This document shows, one piece after another, positions 1-10,675 of a DNA stretch of 64,000 nucleotides. This DNA comes from Williopsis jadinii. Lineage: Eukaryota. The number at the start of each line of letters is the position of its first letter. Position 1 is the first letter of the stretch. A program made the translations under genes and the position numbers. The notes under the pieces were generated by a model. It saw only the letters and a list, made by a program, of their open reading frames with translations. It had not been told where the DNA came from and searched no databases. The stretch is from positions 2,790,001 to 2,854,000 of the forward strand of contig AP024664.1 of assembly GCA_024346625.1 (NCBI GenBank), given 5' to 3'.

Positions 1-1
1 A

Positions 2-1252
2 CCCTTGAATCTTTGATGTTTCTCTTCGAACGTTCCTCAGTGCTGTGAATATCAAACTCAAGATCACCAAAGCCGAATCATCGGTTTGTTCGAATTTGGA
101 TGTCGACAACATGTTGTAAGTTTTGGGAACCCCTGATAGAGAAAGCCGTATTGGTGTGAGCTCTCCTCTCTGTAGTCGTATCTCATCGTCCTCAGTGGTT
201 TCAGATTCAGGATACGTATAACCAAGGAAATATGCAATCTTATCATAATCGTTGTACAGGCGGGAAATTCTTGAATCACATTCGAAGATATTGCCGACAG
301 AGTTATACGGGATCTCCTCGTTGAAACTTTTGAAGTACTCATAGATGAAACTGTAGAAATTGGTAGGGAAGATCGAGCCTTTGTACGTTTCTAGATAGTC
401 CCTTGCGTTCAATCTTTTCTTAGGATCCAACTGGATCATACTGTTGATCAAGTCACGCAATTTCTCATCCTGAATCGCCGAAAGATCAGGCTCAAACTCG
501 CCTTTTCTGTATTTGTATAGTTGTGACAGAGTGAAGATTGGCCTTCCTTCAAGAAATATCTCTGCGATAACACACCCCATACTAAAGATATCCATCTCCT
601 TTGTCACTAAAGCCTTATTATCCAACGGCATTGAATTTCCTTGATTTATGAATCTTTCAGGTGCCAAGTAGCATGTTCTTCTCTGTGATGTGTCAAAATA
701 GAATGAAAAGCTACCTGGATTCTCCTCAGGGAGATAAACAGGTTTGAAAGGTGCAAAATCACTGAGTAGTGTCCAATTCCACGACGTGACCAGTATGTTC
801 TCAGTCTTGATATCACCATGTACAACACCGCGCTCGTGGCATTCGCTCAGCGTATTCAGTAGCTGAAAGGCAATCCATCTCTTCTCAATGTCTTCCAGGA
901 ATGGTCTTGTACTGATTCTGTCGTACGCATTGGTCTTGATAAACTGACGAATCAGATATCCAGCACGATCAGTCTCGATTATCTTTGCATACGAGAGCAC
1001 TGATGGAACATCGGCTAGTTTTTGCTTATAGCTCTGCAGTACTTTCCTCCAATGACCAAGAGGGAACTCCTCACTAGGTTTGATAAACACCTTCACCACT
1101 ATAGCACCGTCCGGGTCCTGCGCCTTAACAGTCTTCAAAAACCGTGAAGTTCCTATAGGTCTACTGTAATGAATCTCATCAAGAACGTCAACGTAGGCTG
1201 AAACAGCAATTGATTGTCCAGTTGGTGCCAACAGCGACAACTGAGCTCCCAT
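2..1252 (-). CDS. VPS15: Vps15 PI3K regulatory (pseudo)kinase, 5' part; runs off the window edge
   Basis: Absent from the ORF track (no stop in window). Manual translation from ATG 1252: MGAQLSLLAPTGQSIAVSAYVDVL... (N-myristoylation motif), then HGDIKTENILVTSWNW, DFAPFKP, YFDTSQRRTCYLAPERF, typical of Vps15. Confidence 0.93.
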   Translation of the reverse strand, partial: MGAQLSLLAPTGQSIAVSAYVDVLDEIHYSRPIGTSRFLKTVKAQDPDGAIVVKVFIKPSEEFPLGHWRKVLQSYKQKLADVPSVLSYAKIIETDRAGYLIRQFIKTNAYDRISTRPFLEDIEKRWIAFQLLNTLSECHERGVVHGDIKTENILVTSWNWTLLSDFAPFKPVYLPEENPGSFSFYFDTSQRRTCYLAPERFINQGNSMPLDNKALVTKEMDIFSMGCVIAEIFLEGRPIFTLSQLYKYRKGEFEPDLSAIQDEKLRDLINSMIQLDPKKRLNARDYLETYKGSIFPTNFYSFIYEYFKSFNEEIPYNSVGNIFECDSRISRLYNDYDKIAYFLGYTYPESETTEDDEIRLQRGELTPIRLSLSGVPKTYNMLSTSKFEQTDDSALVILSLIFTALRNVRRETSKIQG

Positions 1253-1454
1253 AACTGGCTCTTCTACTCTTCGCTGTTTTTATCAATCGCCTTTTCCCTC
1301 AGCCAATGCGAAACACAGTGCTACAAGCCATTGAGAACTTTGGCATTTTTCTTTTGGCGTTGGTGTTTGGATTTTTATTGCTATGGTTGCATTTGTTTAT
1401 ATTTTGTTGCCATTTCCCAAAAACTTTCTAGATAAGTAGAACTAGTTACCTTTG

Positions 1455-2696
1455 TTAGCTGAGAGACCCCAATCTCGCTTGTTTAAACAGTTCAACTTCT
1501 TCGTGAATTAAGATCTTGTAGTCATTAAAGGTCTTTGCAGTGTTCTCAAACTGGAAATCGAAAACTTGGGGTGTGATTGGCTCATCTGATGGGTCCCTTA
1601 CCATTCTCAAGAACCTATGTGAAATCAGTTCATGAACATTATACCTCTCGTTGGAATCCCAACAAATCAATTTAGACATGAGGTCATGAGCATTCTCTGA
1701 TGCAAATGGATAAACATCACTCCATGCCATTGGCTGGAATTGTGGGCTTGGTGGACTGAACAAATTCCACGCTGCACTACTACCATATCTTAAAATTATT
1801 TCCCTAGATGGTGTGCCCAAGACTTTCAATATCTCTGTGGATTGATGGATTTGATCATTACCCATGAAGAGGGGCTTTCTACCGTATAGTTCACCAAGTA
1901 TACATCCAACTGACCAGAGATCAACCAGTTTGGAATAGTTTCTTCTGCTCAAGAGGAGCTCTGGAGCTCTATACCACCTAGTGGCAACGTAATTTGTTAT
2001 TGCCTGAGATTTTGAGCCCATAAACTTTGGTGATATTCCACGAGCTAGGCCAAAATCGCAGATCTTTAAAGTCCCCTGCATTGTCACCAAGATGTTCCCA
2101 GGTTTCAAGTCTCTATGGACCACATCTGCAGAATGGATATACTTCAACCCACACAAGATCTGATAGAGGAAGCTCTGGATGTGAAATTCTGAGAATTGCG
2201 TGGATGAATGGATAACTTTTGACAAGTCATAACTTGCCAACTCTTGGAAACAGTAGAGCCCGTCGTACGGTGCGCTGTAAACGATATCCAAGTCGATGAG
2301 GTTGATGATGTTCCGATGGCCCTTGAAGAATCTCATCAACTTCAACTCCCTGACAGCCCTCTTCAACAAAACTTCCTTCTCAAAGATCCTTGAAACCTTT
2401 TTAATCGCCAATGGGACCTCCTTCGCAGGAGTTTTTGTATCCACTGCAGAGCACACAACACCATAGGAGCCCTTCCCTAAGACATTTTGAATCTGGTACC
2501 TCGAATTGACGTAGAAATCCCCCTTATCAGAGATAACATATCCAGGTTTGCTGTTCTTTTGATATAGCAGCGTGTTTTGGTATTTCTTGAGCTGGTGTAG
2601 TTGTCGTTCTTGCTGTGACCTGTTATGGTTCGAGGAGCCTCCAAGGGCATTGTTTGGTGGCTGAATATGTGAATATGAAGATATAACGTGTGCCAT
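1455..2696 (-). CDS. SMK1: Sporulation-specific MAP kinase Smk1
   Basis: GKGSYGVV, HRDLKPGN, DFGLARG and a TNY activation loop (ITNYVATRWYRAPE) characteristic of Smk1. First ATG at 2696; near YMC/ARO7/JID1 as in S. cerevisiae. Confidence 0.88.
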   Translation of the reverse strand: MAHVISSYSHIQPPNNALGGSSNHNRSQQERQLHQLKKYQNTLLYQKNSKPGYVISDKGDFYVNSRYQIQNVLGKGSYGVVCSAVDTKTPAKEVPLAIKKVSRIFEKEVLLKRAVRELKLMRFFKGHRNIINLIDLDIVYSAPYDGLYCFQELASYDLSKVIHSSTQFSEFHIQSFLYQILCGLKYIHSADVVHRDLKPGNILVTMQGTLKICDFGLARGISPKFMGSKSQAITNYVATRWYRAPELLLSRRNYSKLVDLWSVGCILGELYGRKPLFMGNDQIHQSTEILKVLGTPSREIILRYGSSAAWNLFSPPSPQFQPMAWSDVYPFASENAHDLMSKLICWDSNERYNVHELISHRFLRMVRDPSDEPITPQVFDFQFENTAKTFNDYKILIHEEVELFKQARLGSLS

Positions 2697-2807
2697 CGCT
2701 ACAGTGCCTTTCTCTTTAACCACTACACTTTGAACCTCATCTTGAAGGGCAAATAGCTGGTGCACGGTATGCCCTCAATGCTGTCCAACGGTGTCATTGT
2801 GCACTTT

Positions 2808-2816
2808 GACACAAAA
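2808..2816 (+). promoter_or_regulatory. Middle sporulation element (Ndt80/Sum1 MSE)
   Basis: GACACAAAA matches gNCRCAAAW, ~110 bp upstream of the SMK1 ATG. Confidence 0.6.
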
Positions 2817-3363
2817 CTGAACCAACCAATCACAGTGCGCACGGATTGCGAAAGACAATTTCACTGAGCCTTTGACAAAAGCTCACTTAGTTCAACGTAG
2901 GGGAAAAAACAGCGGTGTCACGGTTTAAATACACTGTTCAATAATATAAATACGGTACAGCTAAACACCGCACATGGCAACAACATCGCAGCAACACCGC
3001 GTCGTCTGCCTTTACAAAACACTCTTCAACGCGCGTGTGTGCGCGCGCCTCTGTTTGTGTCAAAAGGGCTTTGAAACTTGCTCCCCCATACAAAAAGCGG
3101 CTGGTTCGAGCACACTAGCACCTGGTACAGTGGTCTTCCCTGCACAAACTGCGGTGTTTGAAAACAAAAAAAAAACACATAGGGAAGGTGCGCTTAACTT
3201 TTAACAGAGAAAATTAACTCATCAGCTTCTCCAATCACCTTTCGTATCTTTTCGCCTGTTTCTCTGGATCTTTTTCCTTAGTTTCTCCATTCTTCTCTTT
3301 GTATATTCATCTTATCATATTCATTCCCATTAGATCTGAGTGGTGTTAACCAACCGTGTTCCT

Positions 3364-4230
3364 ATGTTCCATATAACAGACTTACAGCTAAAGAGAAGCT
3401 GTTGTTGCTTATCAGTTGTGAAAGGCCCCAAGAGATTCTACTCACACCAGTTACCCACGGGTGCCCACGGAGAACCGTTTTTCCACAAGGAATGGCCACA
3501 GCACAAGAACCCGACACCTTATGAAGTGTTAGGTTTCTACAACAACGTCAACATCGATAGTGCGCTGTTGAAGAAGAAGTACTACCAGTTGGCGAAATTG
3601 TACCACCCGGATACGGGTGTAAACAAGCTAATCGTATCGCACACCGGAGCAACCCTAACAGAAGAGCACAAGAGTGAACGATTCAAGATGTTAACAGATG
3701 CATATTCATTATTGAAAGACCATAAGAAAAGGGCGCTTTATGATCAGTTCAAAACTGGATGGAATGGTGTCTCAACGACGGCACCAACATGGCGTACAGA
3801 CCAACAGCCTTCGAGCTATAACTACCAGGACCAACGTTATTGGAATGCAAGCACATGGGAAGACTATCAGAATTTGCGTGATATGAACGACCCAGCATTG
3901 AGACAGGACAAATTGAAGGCATTAGCAGGTATAATCCTATTTATGATTTCAGGAGCGGCTATCCAAGGTTGGTTCTTCTTGAACAACATGGAGTCGACTT
4001 TAATTGCAAGACAAGAAGTACATGACACCTGCGAGGCCCACTTGATGTCGGCTTACCTTAACTACGGCCTAGACACGAGCCGTGTGGGACGTATAAAAAG
4101 ATTCTTATGGTTCAGAACATTTGGCATGTACAAGACAACAGAAGGTCTAAACGAAGGTGCAAAGAAAGACGAACAACTATTGAAGGAGATCATGCAAGCC
4201 AAACCTGTGCAGGAAGCTTCCCTGGCATAG
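3364..4230 (+). CDS. JID1: Mitochondrial J-domain protein Jid1
   Basis: J-domain (TPYEVLG...LAKLYHPD) plus a C-terminal TM segment; adjacent to ARO7. First ATG is 3364 (the track uses GTG 3340). Confidence 0.82.
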   Translation: MFHITDLQLKRSCCCLSVVKGPKRFYSHQLPTGAHGEPFFHKEWPQHKNPTPYEVLGFYNNVNIDSALLKKKYYQLAKLYHPDTGVNKLIVSHTGATLTEEHKSERFKMLTDAYSLLKDHKKRALYDQFKTGWNGVSTTAPTWRTDQQPSSYNYQDQRYWNASTWEDYQNLRDMNDPALRQDKLKALAGIILFMISGAAIQGWFFLNNMESTLIARQEVHDTCEAHLMSAYLNYGLDTSRVGRIKRFLWFRTFGMYKTTEGLNEGAKKDEQLLKEIMQAKPVQEASLA

Positions 4231-4557
4231 ACGGTCAGTGTCAGAGGGGTATACTATCACGTGCACACAATTACGGGAGCAGAAATTGTTGTTTTTTTGC
4301 TTTGACTTTTAACATACACTTAACAAGAGATGATATTCATGAAGTCCTTTGTAATGTGTAGTGGCGGCCCTTTCTTCCCCCCTCTGTAAGGATTGCGAGC
4401 CCCCGCGAAAAGAGGAAAACCGAGCCTACGAATTGGCGGTTGTTGATGAGTAACACGAAACAGCGGTAGAATGTTTGCGAAACGGACATTCCCTCTTTTG
4501 AAACTTTCCAAGTGGCAAGGGAGAAGATTTAGTTATAGTAACGAGCACACTAACGTG

Positions 4558-5346
4558 ATGGACTTTCTAAAACCGGAAACTGTTCTTGATTTGCAAAACA
4601 TTCGTGATGAGCTTGTCCGTATGGAGGACACCATCATCTTCAACTTTATAGAGCGGGCGCAATTCTTCACCAATGGGTCAATCTATGAAAAGGACCAGTT
4701 TGAAATTCCACAATTCCACGGCTCGTTCTTGGACTGGATGCTATTGAACATTGAGAAGACGCACTCTCAGGCTCGTCGATACGAATCCCCGGACCAGGTT
4801 CCTTTCTTCCCAAACGAAATCCTGGAACCGCTGCTCCCATCCATTAACTACCCAAAGATTTTGGCGTCGTTTGCGGATGAAGTCAACATCAACGACCTCA
4901 TTAAGGAGAACTACATTGAGCACATCATCCCCATGGTTAGCGCTCGTGACGGCGAACAACCGGAAAACCTGGGGTCGTGTGTAACCTGTGATATTGACAA
5001 CCTCCAAGCTCTTTCAAGAAGAATCCATTTTGGTAAGTTTGTTGCCGAGGCCAAGTTCATCAACGACCGTGAAAAATACACCCAGATGATACTCAACAAG
5101 GACATTGCAGGAATAGAAGCTGCCATGACCAATGCCGCAGTGGAGGAGAAAATCTTACAAAGGTTGATTGAAAAGGGCCGTGCCTACGGAACAGATCCAA
5201 CCCTTAGATGGAGCCATGAAGATGGAGACAACGTTCCAAGTAAAGTTAAAGTGGAACACTTGGCAAAGATCTACAAAGACTGGGTTATCCCATTGACTAA
5301 AAAAGTCGAAGTGGACTACTTGTTGAGAAGATTAGAAGATGAATGA
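4558..5346 (+). CDS. ARO7: Chorismate mutase
   Basis: MDFLKPETVLDLQNIRDELVRMEDTIIF; LSRRIHFGKFVAEAKF; VIPLTKKVEVDYLLRRL. The conserved start is ATG 4558. Confidence 0.95.
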   Translation: MDFLKPETVLDLQNIRDELVRMEDTIIFNFIERAQFFTNGSIYEKDQFEIPQFHGSFLDWMLLNIEKTHSQARRYESPDQVPFFPNEILEPLLPSINYPKILASFADEVNINDLIKENYIEHIIPMVSARDGEQPENLGSCVTCDIDNLQALSRRIHFGKFVAEAKFINDREKYTQMILNKDIAGIEAAMTNAAVEEKILQRLIEKGRAYGTDPTLRWSHEDGDNVPSKVKVEHLAKIYKDWVIPLTKKVEVDYLLRRLEDE

Positions 5347-5452
5347 TCTCAACCGGATCTGTCTATTAAATTATTGTATCCTTCTTTTTAATCTTATCGT
5401 CATCATGCAAAAAAAAACTCATCGAAGATAGTAAAACCCACCGTTACAAATT

Positions 5453-6400
5453 CTAACCCAATGCTCTAATTGTAAGCTCGAATGCATAGAAAGTCGCAGC
5501 ATTTGCAGGTGCTGCTCTTAGCATTGTAGGTACAAATCCTTTGAAGAATCCAGCTACACCTCTGGCTTTGTATACAGCCACCACAACGTCTTTCATGCCT
5601 CTGTACTTTGGGGTATCCAGCGAGTCGGTCTGGAGCTTAGTCTTTACGAAATCGACAGGGTACGAAGCAGCCCACATACAATTGCCTGCGATTCCTCCAT
5701 ATAAGCACATTCTCCAGCCTGGGATCTCCTTACGTTCAAGCTTGTGCGTTCTCATGTCATGTGCCACTAGTTTTTCAAAAGTCATGAAATAGATACCAGT
5801 ACCCATTCCACGTATTAGCGTTGCGGTATAACCTCTCATTATACCATGGCAAAAACCAGCCTTGGAGTATATCTCCTTGATCAGTTCCACTGTGCGCATG
5901 TTGCCAGATACACTCATCTGCAACTTTGATCTGATATTCTCAATTGGACTTGCCACAACACTATTTGCGAATCCTGCGCACGTACCTGCAATCCAGTATT
6001 GGAGGGATGACAAGTCTGGTTTATTGTGGAAAACAACACGCTTCATGTATTCGTTAACGGCAAATTGAATGGAAACGCACACTCCAACACCAACCAACGG
6101 TGCCATGGTACCTTTGTAAAAAGCGCGCACACCTTCATTTTTAACGAGCGTTCTTGAAACGTCTAGCATTCCAGAGTATTTACCCAGTGCGTCTGACTGC
6201 AATCTCACCTTTGCAGTATCAAACGGTTGCCCCACAAGAACCTGTGCAACACCTCCCATGGTTCCGGCAAACACGTCTTTCGCTATACGAATAGGATCTC
6301 TCTTGTGTTCCTCATGTTCATGTGTCGCTGTACTTGGAGTCACCTCTGCGTAGTTCAAGAACGGTATCTCTTCAACAAGAGACTGTAGTTCTTTATCCAT
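5453..6400 (-). CDS. Mitochondrial carrier, YMC1/YMC2 family (copy A)
   Basis: Three PX[DE]XX[KR] signatures (PFDTAK, PIENIR, PVDFVK); AGTMGGVAQVLVGQP; RAAPANAATF. ATG at 6400. Confidence 0.88.
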   Translation of the reverse strand: MDKELQSLVEEIPFLNYAEVTPSTATHEHEEHKRDPIRIAKDVFAGTMGGVAQVLVGQPFDTAKVRLQSDALGKYSGMLDVSRTLVKNEGVRAFYKGTMAPLVGVGVCVSIQFAVNEYMKRVVFHNKPDLSSLQYWIAGTCAGFANSVVASPIENIRSKLQMSVSGNMRTVELIKEIYSKAGFCHGIMRGYTATLIRGMGTGIYFMTFEKLVAHDMRTHKLERKEIPGWRMCLYGGIAGNCMWAASYPVDFVKTKLQTDSLDTPKYRGMKDVVVAVYKARGVAGFFKGFVPTMLRAAPANAATFYAFELTIRALG

Positions 6401-7370
6401 TTTCCTTTGCGGTATCAATTGAATGGCTCAAAGTTGGAAGTGTAGAACCAAAGCTCACCTGAAAGATGATAAAGCAAGGAAAAAGGAAAATGGAGACAAT
6501 ACTGTAAGATTTTATACCAACATGGCCCGTGTGCATTTTAGGTGTACAACTTGGTGTAATACGAAGACTACCAAGATCGGTTGTAGCTACGGCGTTAAAA
6601 AACGCAGACACCGGGTATCGTTTTCCACGAGGGTAAACGCATGCGACCGTTTGTATTTTTTGATCACGTACGTCAAGGACAATCGCATCCAGACCCAATT
6701 TTGTACTTTTGCGATGCTGGAAAAGCTTTCAGGGTGAACATGCCGTATGAACAGTAATCTCTCTTGTGCCGACAGAGGGTTACGTTAGCACGTAGTGTCT
6801 GATTTCACCTTAATCTTTTTTTTTGGAGTGCAGGCACTAAGTTGATTGTTTCCGATCTTGAGCAAAAAGGGTTCAAATGAAGCATTGTGACACCTTAATG
6901 TCAACCCATACCTCCTCTAAGTGATCACCAGACCAACACAGATAATTGTACAACCTGAATTGATAAGAAGTACATCATGAGGCACCAACGTACGAGGCAA
7001 TGTGCTTAACTACGAGCTGTGTCGTGTTAGGGCAACTGTGGTTTCTTTTTTTTCATGTTTTTAAAGACACACCGCCCTCCTGAAGTTTCATCTCGTTGTC
7101 AGTCGCTTCTTGGAGAAGTTTTAGATACAGGTTTCTCCGCTAGAGGAAGGTTATACCAAAAGTCGCGGGATAGCCTCATGCATTTGGCGTGAAGCGTGGG
7201 AGAACGAAAGGAGAAAAAAAAAGAAACGACGTGCAAGATGCCTGGGAGTGTGAGAGGTGCTTGGACGGACACGTCGATACCTCCTGGGATAGTCAATTTC
7301 GATCGGAGCAACAAATGTTTTTGTTTTCTTTTGGATTTATCTCGAGATGTGGCGAGAGCAGTCACTGAGG

Positions 7371-7381
7371 GGGTTCGAACC
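7371..7381 (-). promoter_or_regulatory. RNA polymerase III B-box (TFIIIC site) in a tRNA-like context
   Basis: GGTTCGAACCC on the minus strand matches GGTTCGANYCC. It is preceded by D-loop-like CACAATGGTAG, with a T9 run ~150 nt downstream (7214-7222). Confidence 0.4.
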
Positions 7382-8056
7382 ACCGACCGTCAGAACTGGT
7401 GTGTCTACCATTGTGTCCGTACCGTTGTGTGTCTCTTAATTTCAGGTTCCGCTTGAGGCCTCGTGCGCTCTGTATTACATGTGATGATCTGAAGGCGCCT
7501 AACATTATCACTGAATGATGGATGAAATCAAGTAGCTTTTACGTCTCCTTGCACCATTTCAAGCACACCGCAGTGAAAATGGCCGAACGAAGCGCGTACT
7601 AATCACTTAACGGGAGAACTGTCCTGTTTGTCCATTTTGTCTCTTGGACATTTCCTTCTGAATCCGTGCAACTTTGTGTTTTTTTCCCCTGTTGTTGAGG
7701 TTGCCCATTTTTTTGTTTTCTTTTTTCAACCCTCGTAAAATATCTCGAAGCCAGAGACTTGTCCTTTCCCCTTTAAACCATCGCTCCCACAACTGGTTCC
7801 AAATCACAGGCAAGAACTGCTTAACTATTGCGAACTGTTCGTTGGTTCTTTGACTGTGGAAGAATCCAACACTGTGAACTCGTCTGAATTCGTTTATTTG
7901 TCATTTGAATCATTTGGATCATTTCTCCTTCTCTCTGTGCTGTATCTTGTCCATTTGTCTGTTTTTTTTCCTCGCTAGTAAACTATTTTTGTCTCTCAAA
8001 TCAAAACTTTGGACACAACAACATTTCCAACCGAGACGTAATTCTTTTGAGCATCG

Positions 8057-9061
8057 ATGGTGTACGTTGATAAAGATATTGAATCGAATCTCAAATATAG
8101 CCCTTCCTATTCGTGGAAAGCCAGGGGCCATGCTTTGAGCTCCACCATGAATAAGTACAAGAAGTTTGGATTGCTGCTGTTGGTGCTTTTAGGATTGTCT
8201 CTATTCACCGATATCCCACTCGTGCCCCATTTCTCACTGTCCGATCCGAAGGTTGTGCTCATTCTAGCGGCAAACGAAGGTGGCGGTGTTCTCAAGTGGA
8301 AAGGTGCACAGGAATGGTCCATTGAGAGATCAAGCATTGCCAACAAGAGAAACTATGCCCAAAAGCACGGATATGGACTGGTCATCAAGGACCTCACTTT
8401 GAAGAAGAGATACTCTCACGAGTGGAGAGAAAGCTGGGAAAAGGTTGATATACTGAAACAGAGCTTTAGACAGTTCCCTAACGCTGAATGGTTTTGGTGG
8501 TTGGACTTACACACCTACATCATGGAACCTGAGATCTCGCTTGAAGAGCAAGTGTTTTCCAAGCTGGACAATATCACAAACAGACAACTTGGAGATTTCA
8601 ACCCACTGCACATTTCTCCAGATGTTCCTTATGTTGATTTAACATCACCAGTGGAGCTCGTCATTACCCAGGACTGTGGTGGGTTCAACCTGGGCTCCTT
8701 TCTGATCAAGAAGGGAGAATGGGCAGAGACGCTGTTGGACATCTGGTGGGATCCTGTCTTTTACGAACAGAAGCACATGATATGGGAACACAAGGAGCAA
8801 GATGCGTTAGAAAGCTTGTACACCAACTTACCATGGATCAGAGAACGCACAACGTTCTTGCCGTTGAGATCGATCAATGCCTTCCCTCCAGGCGCGTGCT
8901 GGCAAGAGGCCAACGACCCACGTTACTTCTATAACGAAAAGGACAGAGACTTCATGGTCAACATGGCGGGCTGTGACTGGGGAAGAGACTGTTGGACAGA
9001 AATGGAGTACTTCAAACAACTTTCAAGGAAATTACATCGTCCATGGTACAAGTTCTGGTAA
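8057..9061 (+). CDS. MNN10: Golgi mannan polymerase II subunit, GT34 alpha-1,6-mannosyltransferase
   Basis: Type II TM anchor; ILAANEGGGVLKWK, FPNAEWFWWLD, ITQDCGGFNLGSF, INAFPPGAC, VNMAGC match Mnn10. Confidence 0.92.
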   Translation: MVYVDKDIESNLKYSPSYSWKARGHALSSTMNKYKKFGLLLLVLLGLSLFTDIPLVPHFSLSDPKVVLILAANEGGGVLKWKGAQEWSIERSSIANKRNYAQKHGYGLVIKDLTLKKRYSHEWRESWEKVDILKQSFRQFPNAEWFWWLDLHTYIMEPEISLEEQVFSKLDNITNRQLGDFNPLHISPDVPYVDLTSPVELVITQDCGGFNLGSFLIKKGEWAETLLDIWWDPVFYEQKHMIWEHKEQDALESLYTNLPWIRERTTFLPLRSINAFPPGACWQEANDPRYFYNEKDRDFMVNMAGCDWGRDCWTEMEYFKQLSRKLHRPWYKFW

Positions 9062-9626
9062 CCTGGCCATTACTTTTTTCCTTGTCTGCTCCCTTTACTT
9101 TTCCAATGAACGCCTTTCTTTTGACTCGATAATCAACGTCTTTGAACATTGCATCATCACATAGAACCCCTGTGTGATGCTCAGCATACCAACTACTATT
9201 CATTCTTTGAAACTACAACCAAGCAGTTCTTGGTCCCTATATACTTCTCCACGTATATACCTTCTGAATTAATGCGCTCTAATAGTGCCTGTTTTACCTC
9301 ATTCCTATGGTCTTTCTACAGAACTGTATTATAAATCAACGACCGTAGCATATTTCCACACTCCAATCAAAGATCATTAGATATCCCCAGCACTGCTAAT
9401 ATTATCTCGTCAATACCGCTTTGTTACGCACAGCACAGGACACTAGGCCGATTTAAAAACTTTGGGCTTGGTTCAAAGTACGACGAATCTGGAACCCCGG
9501 AGCCAATATACTTGTAAAGGCTGGAACGGTAGACCGGATACAAACTGTTCTTAGCTCACGTCCACATTAGCAGGACTTGATTACGGTGATCTATATTCAA
9601 ATCCCGGTTCCTTTGTATCGCTTCAC

Positions 9627-10610
9627 ATGTATAGGGGTCGTGCTCATCACCATCGGCATGAAAGCCAACAGAACAACCAAAACTACGCAGATATTCCTCC
9701 TCCAACTCCCTTGCCAGATAACTCTGACTATGAAGACTTCCAAATTCAACAGCAGCATATAAGTGGGACCCCATCGAGTGTGAGTTTACAAAACTATGCC
9801 CAGCAGCAACAGCAACAGCAACAGCAACAACAGAGGCATCAACATGACGAACAAGCCCCACCTTATGAAGCTGCCGCTGGTAGACCCATGCAAAGGTCAA
9901 CATCTTCAATGGCATCACTACAAGATGACGAGCAGCAGAATTCACGAACATCCAAGAAGAACTTGAAACAGATGGGATTGAACTTTCTGAACGCTAGACA
10001 GCACCTCGCGTTGGCGTTCTGTCGAGATGTTGTGCTGCTACCGCCGTCATACCATGCTTTCAAGGCGTTCAAGTACACAGTTGAGACTTTCAGCATTAAT
10101 GAATCCTCAATCACAGATGTTAACTATATCCCAATGCTAACAACGGCCAGTCCCACGGAATATTTCCTGGCCGGTGTATGGTGCTTTGTTGCTGCTTACT
10201 TGTCCTACCAGGTCATTGATGGGTTGATGGTACGATGGATAGTTACATATCAAACATCTGCAGCTATCCTGAGGGTTCTATCCATCTCTATGTTTCTTAT
10301 CACTATTGAAACTGGTGCATTGTCCATTTTCAGCCCAGAAGGAAGTTACTCTTTACACACTTGGATCTTGATCTCATGTGTCTTAACAGGTGCTTACATC
10401 ATTCAAAATTTCGTGACTAGCAATCTTGATCCAAAGGCAGGAAACAGGAGAAGAACCATTGACTACTATAACATCGCTGTCTTTGCAGTGGTGCCTGTTG
10501 GGTTGGCTAGCTTTATCAGCATGATTGTACTACTCCGGGTGCTTCTGATAATCAGATTGGATCTAAGTGGGAAGGAGCTACTCGACGGAATATTCACCAA
10601 TACATTCTGA
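9627..10610 (+). CDS. EOS1: ER membrane N-glycosylation/oxidative-stress protein Eos1
   Basis: HLALAFCRDVVLLPP, DGLMVRWIVTY, FAVVPVGLASF; several TM helices; N-terminal polyQ; lies in the SAL1/PMS1/SWS2 neighbourhood. Confidence 0.82.
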   Translation: MYRGRAHHHRHESQQNNQNYADIPPPTPLPDNSDYEDFQIQQQHISGTPSSVSLQNYAQQQQQQQQQQQRHQHDEQAPPYEAAAGRPMQRSTSSMASLQDDEQQNSRTSKKNLKQMGLNFLNARQHLALAFCRDVVLLPPSYHAFKAFKYTVETFSINESSITDVNYIPMLTTASPTEYFLAGVWCFVAAYLSYQVIDGLMVRWIVTYQTSAAILRVLSISMFLITIETGALSIFSPEGSYSLHTWILISCVLTGAYIIQNFVTSNLDPKAGNRRRTIDYYNIAVFAVVPVGLASFISMIVLLRVLLIIRLDLSGKELLDGIFTNTF

Positions 10611-10675
10611 CATACCATTTCGATGTGCTTTTAGGTTCTATTGTATAACAATGTACTATACATATTCCCCTGATA

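Noticed and set aside
7360..7425. Intact tRNA gene
   Set aside because: No acceptor stem or anticodon arm can be folded; kept only as a Pol III promoter-like element.
7481..7520. C/D-box snoRNA-like motifs (GTGATGA...CTGA)
   Set aside because: Box spacing too short, no terminal stem and no recognisable rRNA guide.
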